Source of the DNA: an uncultured virus (IMG/VR IMGVR_UViG_3300027917_000026)
Lineage: Duplodnaviria; Heunggongvirae; Uroviricota; Caudoviricetes
Length of the DNA: 64,000 nt
Virus record (IMG/VR): IMGVR_UViG_3300027917_000026
Reading direction: 5' to 3' (one strand)
Below, piece by piece: positions 10,548 through 19,218 of the stretch. Within the stretch, counting starts at the first letter, position 1, and each line of letters begins with the position of its first letter. Both the position numbers and the translations under genes were made by a program. Under the pieces are notes generated by a model that ran no database searches, had not been told where the DNA came from, and saw nothing but the letters and a program-made list of their open reading frames with translations.

Positions 10548-11193
10548 TTTAACCGACATACAAGTTGACTACCACGATCTTGTTTCAAGAAATAAGATGT
10601 TGCAAGAATCGTTAAAGTTTTCAAGCCATAGTCAAAGGATTGCAATCCGCAAACACAATGACTACGCCAAGGCACAAAAGTTTTATATCTTTTTGGCAAA
10701 AGAGGTTCAAAAGGAAGCAAAAGAACATATCGAAAATGTTGTGACAATGGCAATTCAAACGGTCTACGATCATCCTTACAGGTTCAAGCTTTTGTACGAA
10801 GAAAAACGCGGTGCAATATATTGCACGCCGTTGATCGTTGACGGTGTAGATGAATATCAGCCAAAAGATTCCATGGGCGGCGGAATGCTTGATATCATTG
10901 GTTTTGCATTGCGTATTACTTTATGGTCAATGCAAAACCCACGTAGTGATAATGTGTTTTTACTAGATGAACCGTTCCGCTTTACAGGTCAATTGAGTGC
11001 CAAGGCTGGCCTGATGCTCAAGAAGTTATCCGACAAATTAAATTTCCAAGTGCTACTTGTGACGCATGATGATTCCTTGATTGACGTGTGCGATAAAGTC
11101 TGGGTCATAAGCAAAGAACGGCATAGCAAAGTCAGTTTAATTAAAGGGATTGTAGAAAAAGTAAAACGAAAAATAAAGAGGAGAAAAAAATGA
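10540..11193 (+). CDS. Rad50/SbcC-like ATPase, C-terminal half
   Basis: ABC signature SMGGG, Walker B LLDEP, H-loop LVTH. Confidence 0.88.
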   Translation: MIDLTDIQVDYHDLVSRNKMLQESLKFSSHSQRIAIRKHNDYAKAQKFYIFLAKEVQKEAKEHIENVVTMAIQTVYDHPYRFKLLYEEKRGAIYCTPLIVDGVDEYQPKDSMGGGMLDIIGFALRITLWSMQNPRSDNVFLLDEPFRFTGQLSAKAGLMLKKLSDKLNFQVLLVTHDDSLIDVCDKVWVISKERHSKVSLIKGIVEKVKRKIKRRKK

Positions 11194-11366
11194 ATTGGGT
11201 TGTAATGCGTTTTGATCTAACATCGGCATTGACTACTGACAAAGGAATAATGACGTGGAAAAAATTTGATATGGCACAAAAGGCGGCAGTCAATTTCGGT
11301 GGTATTGTCACCACAATTGAGGAGGCATATCGGGTAATGTCAATCATGGCAAAGGAAACAAAATGA
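11190..11366 (+). CDS. hypothetical protein (58 aa, not in ORF track)
   Basis: MNWVVMRFDL...AKETK; GAGGAG RBS; ATGA overlaps on both sides. Confidence 0.6.
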   Translation: MNWVVMRFDLTSALTTDKGIMTWKKFDMAQKAAVNFGGIVTTIEEAYRVMSIMAKETK

Positions 11367-11596
11367 GTGGTAAAGCAACATTTGATTTAGGTAACTTCCG
11401 CAAACGCCCACCAATGATGTTTGAGGGTGAATGGCGTGCATTGAAATTTTTGAAGTTATTGATGAAAGAGGGCATTTGGCGGATCAAATACAAAGAGGAT
11501 CTTTACTACCCCTTGGAACCTTTATTTGAAACTGAATTGAGGTTTCTAAAAAGAATAGGAACAATTGAGATATCATGGAACCGCATCAAGAAGTAA
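11363..11596 (+). CDS. hypothetical protein
   Basis: 77 aa packed ORF. Confidence 0.55.
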   Translation: MSGKATFDLGNFRKRPPMMFEGEWRALKFLKLLMKEGIWRIKYKEDLYYPLEPLFETELRFLKRIGTIEISWNRIKK

Positions 11597-11874
11597 TATT
11601 ACTTACTTATATTGTCGGTGTTATTGTCGCAACCCTTATATTGAGATATCTACCAAAGGTCAGGCATTTCATACATAGGGGTGACACATATCACGGAGAG
11701 GAATATTGTACGAATGCTATATTTATCTTCGTGTGGCCTATTGTCTTTATGTTCGGCACTGGATACTTGATAATGAAAGGTTTACACGCCTTTGTTTCCT
11801 ATGAAAAACCAAAAGTAGTCAAACCAAAACAAAAAGAAAAACTAAAACGAAAAATTGACGGAGTAAGACGATGA
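11575..11874 (+). CDS. two-TM membrane protein
   Basis: two hydrophobic segments and a basic C-terminus. Confidence 0.6.
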   Translation: MEPHQEVILLTYIVGVIVATLILRYLPKVRHFIHRGDTYHGEEYCTNAIFIFVWPIVFMFGTGYLIMKGLHAFVSYEKPKVVKPKQKEKLKRKIDGVRR

Positions 11875-11965
11875 AAAAATATAGGCTGATATTGGCAATC
11901 GCTTTATTGACAATTATGTCATTTTTCTTTTTACACGCATTACTACAAGTCTTAAGGGTGATAAA

Positions 11966-12346
11966 ATGATAATTGAAAAAGAAGGAAAAACAACAAAAGA
12001 AATTAATAAAATTCTAAATTATCAAATGGGCGGATGGCTTCTCGAAAGCCACGTCTGGGGCTTGCCTAATTCCCATGGTATTCAGACCTGTTACCTATGC
12101 GGCAAGGAATACATGGTAGACAAAATAGCAAAACCTAATTTCCCAATGTGCCGTAAGAACCCAGCTATATTGAAGTTATTAAGAAAATATCGAGAATTCC
12201 TTGAACAAAAAAATATTGAAGATCTAAAAGGGCAATTGCTAAAATTGCAAAAAGAAATTGATGAAATGTCAAAGCGTGCATACGAAATCGCATCCAAAGA
12301 GGAGTCAAAATGGAAAAGTCAATTGCCGAATCAAAAAAAATCATAG
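11966..12346 (+). CDS. hypothetical protein (CxxC, coiled coil)
   Basis: CYLC motif; packed in operon. Confidence 0.6.
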   Translation: MIIEKEGKTTKEINKILNYQMGGWLLESHVWGLPNSHGIQTCYLCGKEYMVDKIAKPNFPMCRKNPAILKLLRKYREFLEQKNIEDLKGQLLKLQKEIDEMSKRAYEIASKEESKWKSQLPNQKKS

Positions 12347-12543
12347 TCCACATCGATCAAAAAGTTTTACTACTTAAATGTTTAAAGTGCAAAATGAAAT
12401 TTTTGTTAACCGCAATCATAGATAAAAAAGGTGGCAAAGATTGGGTAAATGAGCAAAACTACGGCGCACCAAGATACCAATTGATGCCACAAGCATCTTT
12501 TTATTTTTGTCCGTATTGTGGAGCAAAAGAAAAAAAGGGGTAG
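12310..12543 (+). CDS. zinc-ribbon protein
   Basis: CLKC ... CPYC; GAGGAG RBS. Confidence 0.6.
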   Translation: MEKSIAESKKIIVHIDQKVLLLKCLKCKMKFLLTAIIDKKGGKDWVNEQNYGAPRYQLMPQASFYFCPYCGAKEKKG

Positions 12544-12547
12544 TCAA

Positions 12548-12742
12548 ATGCATGGTGAACATGACAAATCAGAACCGATTGAATTGATCGAAGAGTTTAG
12601 ATCATCATCAATCAGGGGTGTGACCATTGATCGGGAAACAAAAGACTTTATCTTCATTAGTTTTTTTGTTCAAGGTTATAACTTTAAATGGTATAAATGC
12701 GATGGTGCATTTATACGCAAGTGTGAAATAAAGGAGATATGA
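12548..12742 (+). CDS. hypothetical protein
   Basis: ATG 12548 within ORF 12518..12742. Confidence 0.5.
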   Translation: MHGEHDKSEPIELIEEFRSSSIRGVTIDRETKDFIFISFFVQGYNFKWYKCDGAFIRKCEIKEI

Positions 12743-13020
12743 CAATGGCTGAAATAATAAAGATCCAACATGAAGAAAATAAACCGCGAGTGATTTGCAA
12801 TCACTGCAAACAAGAAATCCTGATTGACATTATGCCGTTTGCGAATGATGTGACACAAATACTACGTGACCGTTGCCCAAAATGCTACAAGGAAATCTTT
12901 GTTGGTGTATTGATCTTGTGCCATAAAGATATGCGGTCACTTTTGGGATCGATACAGGTAGTCATTGACGCAATCCAATCACCTGATAAAATAATCGGAG
13001 GCAAAAGACAAAATGACTGA
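12739..13020 (+). CDS. zinc-ribbon protein
   Basis: CNHC ... CPKC; AAGGAG RBS. Confidence 0.6.
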   Translation: MTMAEIIKIQHEENKPRVICNHCKQEILIDIMPFANDVTQILRDRCPKCYKEIFVGVLILCHKDMRSLLGSIQVVIDAIQSPDKIIGGKRQND

Positions 13021-13264
13021 TACAATGCAAGTAATCAAAGATGGTTCGATGGATTCACTAGGCGACAAGATCGATGAATTACTACAATTAATATACGGCA
13101 GAGAAATGGCATTTGTCTTGGGCGTCTTTGAATTTGACAAAGAAGGACTTGCAACTTATATCACAAATGCGAAAAAAGAGGGTTTGGTTGAATCACTTCG
13201 GGAAATAGCCGACAAGGTTGAATCAGCAGAAGGTAACTTTCCAGAGATAAAAGGTACAGCATAA
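13013..13264 (+). CDS. hypothetical protein
   Basis: 83 aa packed ORF. Confidence 0.6.
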   Translation: MTDTMQVIKDGSMDSLGDKIDELLQLIYGREMAFVLGVFEFDKEGLATYITNAKKEGLVESLREIADKVESAEGNFPEIKGTA

Positions 13265-13273
13265 GGAGTTATT

Positions 13274-13873
13274 ATGGCTAAAGGCGGAAACTTTGAACGC
13301 GATATCTGCAAATACTTGTCTATGTGGGTAACTAGACAAATGCGAGACGATATCTTCTGGCGAACGGCGGGTTCTGGTGGTCGAGCAACAGCCCGAATGA
13401 AAAAAGGAAAACCCACGGCTGATTCGGCGGGTGATATGATGTCTACAGCAAAGTATGGCAAGCCTTATACAGATCAAGTTGTATGGGAATTCAAGCGGGG
13501 TTATGGCGGCGAAAGAAGTAAAAGAAAACCGAGCGAACAAATTGATCCCTTATCTATTCTGGATAACCCGAAGCATCAAAAGAAAAAACCTGTATTACAA
13601 GAGTGGTGGGCTAAAATATCAAAGGAAAGAAGAAGCCATAAAAGAAAATTTGCATTCATTATATTTAAACGTGACCGCAAGGATATATGCATTTCAATGA
13701 CTCAAAAAACATTTAACTACATTGAAAAAAAGAATAGAAAATTTTTGCGTAAAAAAATATATATCAAAATGTATGGCTACAATGTTGTCATAATGCGTTT
13801 GGATAATTTTTGCAAGTGGTGCAATCCACAAAAAACTTTTGTAACTAAGAAATGGTTGAGGGAAAACAAATGA
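13274..13873 (+). CDS. Holliday junction resolvase-like PD-(D/E)xK nuclease (Hjc-type)
   Basis: KGGNFER...RTAGSGG...GD...EFKRGY pattern; AAGGAG RBS. Confidence 0.8.
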   Translation: MAKGGNFERDICKYLSMWVTRQMRDDIFWRTAGSGGRATARMKKGKPTADSAGDMMSTAKYGKPYTDQVVWEFKRGYGGERSKRKPSEQIDPLSILDNPKHQKKKPVLQEWWAKISKERRSHKRKFAFIIFKRDRKDICISMTQKTFNYIEKKNRKFLRKKIYIKMYGYNVVIMRLDNFCKWCNPQKTFVTKKWLRENK

Positions 13874-14124
13874 AAGTAGAAATCAAAGGAATCAAAATAA
13901 GCCAACAAAAATATGTTGCTATAAAACCTGACGGTAGTATTTGTGGCCCAATAGGGGATAGCAAAGAATTTGTAAAGGAGGCATTAATTATTGGATATCG
14001 TAGAACAATGATTGATAAAGGTTTAATTAGGCATCACCACACACTTAATGAAGTATTGTGGAAAGAAATTGTCGATCTTGGATATACAATTAAGCTTGCA
14101 TCAATTGAACTGATTGAGGAATAG
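13870..14124 (+). CDS. hypothetical protein
   Basis: ATG overlapping the resolvase stop. Confidence 0.55.
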   Translation: MKVEIKGIKISQQKYVAIKPDGSICGPIGDSKEFVKEALIIGYRRTMIDKGLIRHHHTLNEVLWKEIVDLGYTIKLASIELIEE

Positions 14125-14126
14125 CC

Positions 14127-14501
14127 ATGAACGATAGAGATTATAAAATGCTCTTCGTGAAATTCGCGGTGGCAAAAGATCGTGAGAAGAAATTGTATAA
14201 ACGATTGCTTCATTGGCTTGCCTATGATGGAATTTTCTTTTTTGAAATGCTGATTCAAGAATATGGTAGTATTAGTAAGGCACACTGGATGGATAACGGC
14301 ATACCACATTCAGTACACTTCCGTGAGGGTATGGTAATCAGGAATTTCCTGCGGAGACAAAAATACACGCGGCATTGGGATTCGCACCGACTTGACAATG
14401 AATGGATGAATATTATAAAAACAGCATTGAAGCTATGCCGTTTAAAAAAAGAACAACGGTGTCAATTACTACTTTATAAAGGTGAAGATGAAAGTTTATA
14501 G
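14127..14501 (+). CDS. hypothetical protein
   Basis: 124 aa with GAGGA RBS. Confidence 0.6.
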   Translation: MNDRDYKMLFVKFAVAKDREKKLYKRLLHWLAYDGIFFFEMLIQEYGSISKAHWMDNGIPHSVHFREGMVIRNFLRRQKYTRHWDSHRLDNEWMNIIKTALKLCRLKKEQRCQLLLYKGEDESL

Positions 14502-14574
14502 TTATGGGTGGCGGCTGATTTACATAGCCTTGTTGTGCGGTAATTGTCATTCGGCATATAACCAAAAACTTTGG

Positions 14575-14791
14575 CTTGTTTACTTTACAGGATGGAGTAA
14601 ACGTTGTTGAAGGTGAGATGCGAGAATCACTACTTTGACCCGCATTCCCCAATGCGGTAGTGATTCTCTAATATTAGGGTATTTTAATGACAGGTTGCGC
14701 ACAAACACCCTCCAATTTACTGCATGGCAGGGGTGGTCGATTACCGTAAGGATCGACAGGTGTGAAAGTCACCTTCCATACACCCCTGCCA
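14575..14791 (+). ncRNA. candidate structured RNA / leader (several hairpins and a three-way junction)
   Basis: perfect inverted repeats GAGAATCACTA/TAGTGATTCTC (14622-14668) and TGGCAGGGGTG/CACCCCTGCCA (14725-14791) enclosing sub-hairpins, in a ~315 nt gap. Confidence 0.45.
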
Positions 14792-14816
14792 CCAAACAAT
14801 TTGAAAGGAGATATTT

Positions 14817-15179
14817 ATGAGACTTAAAAGTAATACTTATTCACCGCAAAACGCCGCGCAAGTTTTTAAAGATGTTAGTTGCCCAACACCTACTGATGAA
14901 AAGCATGGTGCCGATTGGTGGAATGAAAATTTTGGCCGGAAGATAATTTACGAATTTGAAAATAAAATGAAGCAATTCGCAAAAGAAATTGAGGAGCGGC
15001 GGCCTAACAAAAGCGTGGTATTGCTATCATTTTCAAGCTTGTATTTTCCGGGCTTAACTAACAAAGACCATACTACTGATTGGTGGGAAACAGATTTTGC
15101 AAATCTTATCAGGCAAGCAATGAAAGATCAAATCATGGAGTTATTTGAAAGCATCAAAAAAATGCGTGAGGTTGCCTAA
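14817..15179 (+). CDS. hypothetical protein
   Basis: 120 aa with GAAAGGAG RBS. Confidence 0.65.
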   Translation: MRLKSNTYSPQNAAQVFKDVSCPTPTDEKHGADWWNENFGRKIIYEFENKMKQFAKEIEERRPNKSVVLLSFSSLYFPGLTNKDHTTDWWETDFANLIRQAMKDQIMELFESIKKMREVA

Positions 15180-15196
15180 CATGGAGGTATTCTCAA

Positions 15197-15964
15197 ATGA
15201 CTACACAAGGGGGCAAAAAAATCATCGACCTGTCAAAGTGGGCGGGTGTCACTTATGACGGAAAATCATTGGATGATTATTTTTCAGAAGAAAAAGAAAA
15301 GGAAAAGGATAAGGAAATAATCGAAAATATAAAAACCGAAACCAAACATAGAAAAAAAATCCGCGCAAAAGCAAGGTATGACAACTACACAAGGGGGGCA
15401 AGCAAAATGACAAACTTACCACAAAACCAAGTCAACAAAGAATATCTTGAAAAATTTCTTGATCGTGCAAAAGGTCTGAAACAGCAAGTTGTTTTACTAC
15501 TAATTTCTGGCGGCGAATGGTATGCCGACAAAATGATTGAGGTATTGGAATCTAAAAAGAAGTATTCCAAACAACAAATCTGGAATGTGCTAAGTGATAT
15601 CATGCGGTGCGAATTCTCAAATTATATCAAACGCCGCAAAGTAGTCATTGAGGGTAACAAACAATATGAATATCGATGCACCGATGAGGGTTGCAATTTG
15701 ACTCCAAAAGAGGCACACGAATTGGCGGCAACCAAAAAGAAAAAAACAAAATCCATTCTGAAACCCGCGAAGAAAAAGCAAAAACCACTCTTTACACAAA
15801 AAGAAGCAAATGATCTTGCGGCAAAAACTCGATTGGAACCCGAAAAACAAAGTATTGACGAAGATCAAATCACACCATCAATGCTTGAAAGCCTTGCGAA
15901 GCAAACACTTAATATAGTTGTGTCTGGCGGTATTGAGATTACATTCCACCTTAAATTGAGGTAG
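15197..15964 (+). CDS. hypothetical protein, possibly DNA-binding (winged-helix-like middle region)
   Basis: 255 aa, Lys-rich, GGAGG RBS; fold is a guess. Confidence 0.55.
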   Translation: MTTQGGKKIIDLSKWAGVTYDGKSLDDYFSEEKEKEKDKEIIENIKTETKHRKKIRAKARYDNYTRGASKMTNLPQNQVNKEYLEKFLDRAKGLKQQVVLLLISGGEWYADKMIEVLESKKKYSKQQIWNVLSDIMRCEFSNYIKRRKVVIEGNKQYEYRCTDEGCNLTPKEAHELAATKKKKTKSILKPAKKKQKPLFTQKEANDLAAKTRLEPEKQSIDEDQITPSMLESLAKQTLNIVVSGGIEITFHLKLR

Positions 15965-15994
15965 TCAAATCCAAAACTGAAAGGGGGTGATGAA

Positions 15995-16219
15995 ATGGGT
16001 GAATTGTTAATTCTTTGTAGTAAAGGCGACCACAAAATTCAGTGGGATCAAAAGAAGTCCGACAGTATTGCGATTGCCGAAGCAAACTTTAACGAACTTT
16101 CCAAGAAGAAATGGAAAGCCTATTCGGTAAAACGAACAGGTAGTAAAAACAAACTTATAACCGAATTTGATCCAGCACTCGGATCAATCATCATGGTGCC
16201 GCCAATTGCAGGAGGTTAA
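15995..16219 (+). CDS. small hypothetical protein ending IAGG
   Basis: GGGGGTGA RBS; coupled to next gene. Confidence 0.65.
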   Translation: MGELLILCSKGDHKIQWDQKKSDSIAIAEANFNELSKKKWKAYSVKRTGSKNKLITEFDPALGSIIMVPPIAGG

Positions 16220-16220
16220 C

Positions 16221-17075
16221 ATGGCAGTAACAGGCAATAACTACCATTCCCAAATTTGGGAAAGTTGGTCAAGCGGTTCAGCCACATCAACCACGGCTTG
16301 CGGAGTTGACTACAATGCTCAAGATGCCATTTGGTCACAATGGACGACCACAAGTGTTCCAATGACTTCTGATGGTACAGCAAATAACTACAGTTATACC
16401 ACAAATGTTGACCAAGAATTAATTTGGATCAATTGGCAAGAAGAGTATCAGCAAGAGTTTATCGGTGGTACAGCAAACGTCACAATTACTACCGATGAAC
16501 AAAATCAAGTTTGGTATAATTGGCATGATCGAAAAGTTGTCTACGTTGGTGACACATTTAAAGAGGTAAGGCAAACACGTAGAGAACGGCTGAAAGCAAA
16601 ACGTCAAAAAATCCGTGGTGACAAACTGGCGGAGAAAACCCGCCGCAAACAACTGTTTGCAACTGAAGTAAAACGCCGTGAAACGATTGCGGCTGAATCA
16701 AAGGCTAGGGAATTGCTTGAGGATCTGATTGGTGAGGAGCAAATGCGGATCTATAAGGAAACCGGACGTATCCTTGTTCATGGAGATAACTACGATTGGC
16801 TTATCTCAAACTATCAGCATCAAGGTGGTGCCAAAGTTGATAACTACTTTGAACTGACACGCAACGTAAAAATCCAGCGTATTGAAAAAGACAAAATTGT
16901 AGATCTTTGTGTTGCTCATAAGCACGACCATGAGAAGAAGAGGATTCCTATTTCCGATCAAGTAATTGGTTTTCTTTTGAGGGTACAAGCCGATGAAGAG
17001 AACCTTAAGCAAACAGCAAACAATCGTGGTAGTCATGATTTGAAATTGCCCAAAAAGTATGCGATTGCTAGTTAA
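16221..17075 (+). CDS. hypothetical protein with Trp-containing N-terminal repeats
   Basis: GGAGG RBS; repeated (I/V)WxxW motifs then a charged helix. Confidence 0.7.
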   Translation: MAVTGNNYHSQIWESWSSGSATSTTACGVDYNAQDAIWSQWTTTSVPMTSDGTANNYSYTTNVDQELIWINWQEEYQQEFIGGTANVTITTDEQNQVWYNWHDRKVVYVGDTFKEVRQTRRERLKAKRQKIRGDKLAEKTRRKQLFATEVKRRETIAAESKARELLEDLIGEEQMRIYKETGRILVHGDNYDWLISNYQHQGGAKVDNYFELTRNVKIQRIEKDKIVDLCVAHKHDHEKKRIPISDQVIGFLLRVQADEENLKQTANNRGSHDLKLPKKYAIAS

Positions 17076-17150
17076 CTGCCGCGCCACTTGGGGTCTTTGA
17101 TCCCGTTAGGTTCTCCTCCATGTCCTAACAGGTAATCAAGGAAACGGCAG
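17076..17150 (+). ncRNA. candidate small RNA / 3' UTR structure with CUCCUCC loop
   Basis: nested stems CTGCCG/CGGCAG, TTGAT/ATCAA, GTTAGG/CCTAAC with loop TTCTCCTCCATGT. Confidence 0.4.
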
Positions 17151-17151
17151 G

Positions 17152-17190
17152 AGGGGTGGTTCGGTAACTGCCACCGACCACCCCTTTTTT
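17152..17190 (+). terminator. Rho-independent terminator
   Basis: AGGGGTGGT...ACCACCCCT stem with inner CGGT/ACCG, followed by a T run. Confidence 0.8.
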
Positions 17191-17201
17191 AAAGGATTGT
17201 T

Positions 17202-17345
17202 ATGGATTTAATTGAAGTAATCGTATTGTCATGCACCATAATCAATTTCCTATGTTCACTTGGATCAAGAAATTGGAGTGGTATTTTTGGATGGTTTTCA
17301 GCCTCAATTTTTTGGATCATTATAACTTTTAAGGTATGCCCATGA
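17202..17345 (+). CDS. small membrane protein (47 aa, not in ORF track)
   Basis: AAAGGA RBS; MDLIEVIVLSCTIINFLCSLGSRNWSGIFGWFSASIFWIIITFKVCP. Confidence 0.5.
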   Translation: MDLIEVIVLSCTIINFLCSLGSRNWSGIFGWFSASIFWIIITFKVCP

Positions 17346-17602
17346 AGATAAAAATAAATAAGCGGATTAGGGATGACTACTTAACGATAACTCATTGGAT
17401 AGCCTATATCTTTGGAAAACGGTTTGAAATGGTCACTGGAAACTTTTCTCACGCAACGGTAGTCATTGCATATCGAGAGTTTTTCGGATATAGGGTATAT
17501 ACTGAATTTAGAGTTATGTCAAACAACAATCCACGGAAATTAGCCATTCATAAGATCTTCGGCAAGTCCAATACTGATAGGCTTTTACAATGGAGAGTTT
17601 AA
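17342..17602 (+). CDS. hypothetical protein
   Basis: ORF 17336..17602; ATGA overlap suggests start at 17342. Confidence 0.55.
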   Translation: MKIKINKRIRDDYLTITHWIAYIFGKRFEMVTGNFSHATVVIAYREFFGYRVYTEFRVMSNNNPRKLAIHKIFGKSNTDRLLQWRV

Positions 17603-17973
17603 TTGAAATTCTAAAATCAGCATGGGAATGGATGCGAGAATATAATGCAGATATTATCGGCACTATATTTGTAGTAATCTTTGCTGTTGGATTATTTCCA
17701 AATTTTAAATCAAAAAAGAAGCCAAAAGATATTGAACGTGCGACAAAAGCAACTTTGCCGAAGCACTATGCCAAAACGTACAAGTCGTCTTCGTCAACAG
17801 TAATCGTATCAACACCAACAGGCGACAACAAATTTTATGATATATATAGCGAATATGCAAAAGATAATCCTGACATTTTTGAAGAAATATTAAAACCATG
17901 GGAACCAATTGATTTTGATCCACCCGATGAAAAAAAAGAAGATAAGCCATTGAAAAGGAAATTAGACCTATGA
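17590..17973 (+). CDS. single-TM membrane protein
   Basis: IIGTIFVVIFAVGLF helix. Confidence 0.6.
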   Translation: MESLIEILKSAWEWMREYNADIIGTIFVVIFAVGLFPNFKSKKKPKDIERATKATLPKHYAKTYKSSSSTVIVSTPTGDNKFYDIYSEYAKDNPDIFEEILKPWEPIDFDPPDEKKEDKPLKRKLDL

Positions 17974-18734
17974 ATGTTTCACGAAGAACATTTATGAAAA
18001 CTATCGGTGCCGGAATTTTCACTTTAGCTACAGGTGTTGGTATTGATGATTTGTTTCGACAAACACCTACACCAAATCCTATCATTGGTGCTGATTGGGA
18101 ACTAGACTTTGGAAACAAAGTCATTAAATACGTAGGCAAAGGTGATACCACATGGCGGGTACAGGAATTGTATAGTGCATTGATGGAACGATTCGATGAC
18201 TATGACTACATTGACCATGATGTGCCAATGACAGGTATTACACCTGTTTCCTACCAATTAAATAATGATTGGCGCATACTTGACGAAGATATTCAATACT
18301 TGACAGGCGGCGCAATTCAAGATTCATTCGGAAACATTTGGCACAATTTCTACTCAATTGGTCAAATCGATACAGGCGCAACGAAAAGAGAACAAGGCAC
18401 AAACCTTTGGGCATCATTTGGTGAGGAAGAAATTCTAAATGCAAGGAATGTAAAAAACCATATTGACATGCTAATCAAAACCAAAGAAAAAGGTGTAGTC
18501 AAAGGCAATGGTGAATTTGTCATCCGCGCTAGGGCGCAATCCATGAAACCCTATGAATACAGGATTGCCTACGGCATGGATACCGTTGGTCGAATGGCAA
18601 TTCCCATTGTCATTGTCAGTGATGACATTTATGGAAATATTGCACCAACAAAAATTAACTACTATCCCGATGTTCGCAAAATAACTACCAATCAGGCCAT
18701 CAAAAAAATCCAAAAAAGGAGGATAGACATTTGA
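17970..18734 (+). CDS. Tat-signal protein paralogous to the N-terminal domain of virion-type protein 28317..30848
   Basis: SRRTFMK twin-arginine motif plus h-region; colinear motifs ELYSA, TPVxY, TGGA, YSIG, HID shared with 28317..30848. Confidence 0.75.
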   Translation: MNVSRRTFMKTIGAGIFTLATGVGIDDLFRQTPTPNPIIGADWELDFGNKVIKYVGKGDTTWRVQELYSALMERFDDYDYIDHDVPMTGITPVSYQLNNDWRILDEDIQYLTGGAIQDSFGNIWHNFYSIGQIDTGATKREQGTNLWASFGEEEILNARNVKNHIDMLIKTKEKGVVKGNGEFVIRARAQSMKPYEYRIAYGMDTVGRMAIPIVIVSDDIYGNIAPTKINYYPDVRKITTNQAIKKIQKRRIDI

Positions 18735-18982
18735 AAAAGCGAAAATTGAAACGGCGTAAGGAACCTAAGAAATTACCATCACCAAGAGTAGCAAAGCTTG
18801 ATGGTCACAGGATTTGCTTCGAGTGCTATCATCATAACCCCAAATCATTGAAAGCCGCCGCAAGGGAAGATATCATCGGAATCTTTGCTGGCAAAGGGGC
18901 AAGCATTCCACCTAATCTTCAGTTAGCCCTTTGCCCACGCCACTTTAGAAAGTTGCACAAATTAATGGAGGCATTCATATGA
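18731..18982 (+). CDS. basic zinc-binding hypothetical protein
   Basis: CFEC ... CPRH; TTG start after AAGGAGG. Confidence 0.55.
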   Translation: MKKRKLKRRKEPKKLPSPRVAKLDGHRICFECYHHNPKSLKAAAREDIIGIFAGKGASIPPNLQLALCPRHFRKLHKLMEAFI

Positions 18983-19218
18983 GAAAAACTCAAATAGAGG
19001 CATTGAAAGCTATTGGTAATTTTGCATCAAGTCTTGGAGATATTACTTGCCGATCAGCACAAAGGCTTGCCGCCCTTAACTTAGCGGCATTGCCATTTGA
19101 AAAAATTCAATCAGTAGTCGTTGATTGGAAAGTGATGAAAGTTGATGGCTCGGAAGAATTGATGCCAATCATTGAAATCAAAAGTTTTACTACAAAAATT
19201 GAGGAGATATATCCATGA
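18979..19218 (+). CDS. hypothetical protein
   Basis: 79 aa with GGAGG RBS. Confidence 0.6.
   Translation: MRKTQIEALKAIGNFASSLGDITCRSAQRLAALNLAALPFEKIQSVVVDWKVMKVDGSEELMPIIEIKSFTTKIEEIYP

Noticed and set aside
14502..14816. tRNA or hammerhead ribozyme in the structured gap
   Set aside because: I could not find a cloverleaf with a TTCRA T-loop or a CTGATGA/GAAA core; kept only as an unknown structured RNA.
15995..16219. Ubiquitin-like/sulfur-carrier protein because of the ...PPIAGG C-terminus
   Set aside because: The GG codons overlap the next gene's GGAGG SD, no E1/ThiF or JAB partner is in the window, and I cannot confirm a beta-grasp fold by eye.
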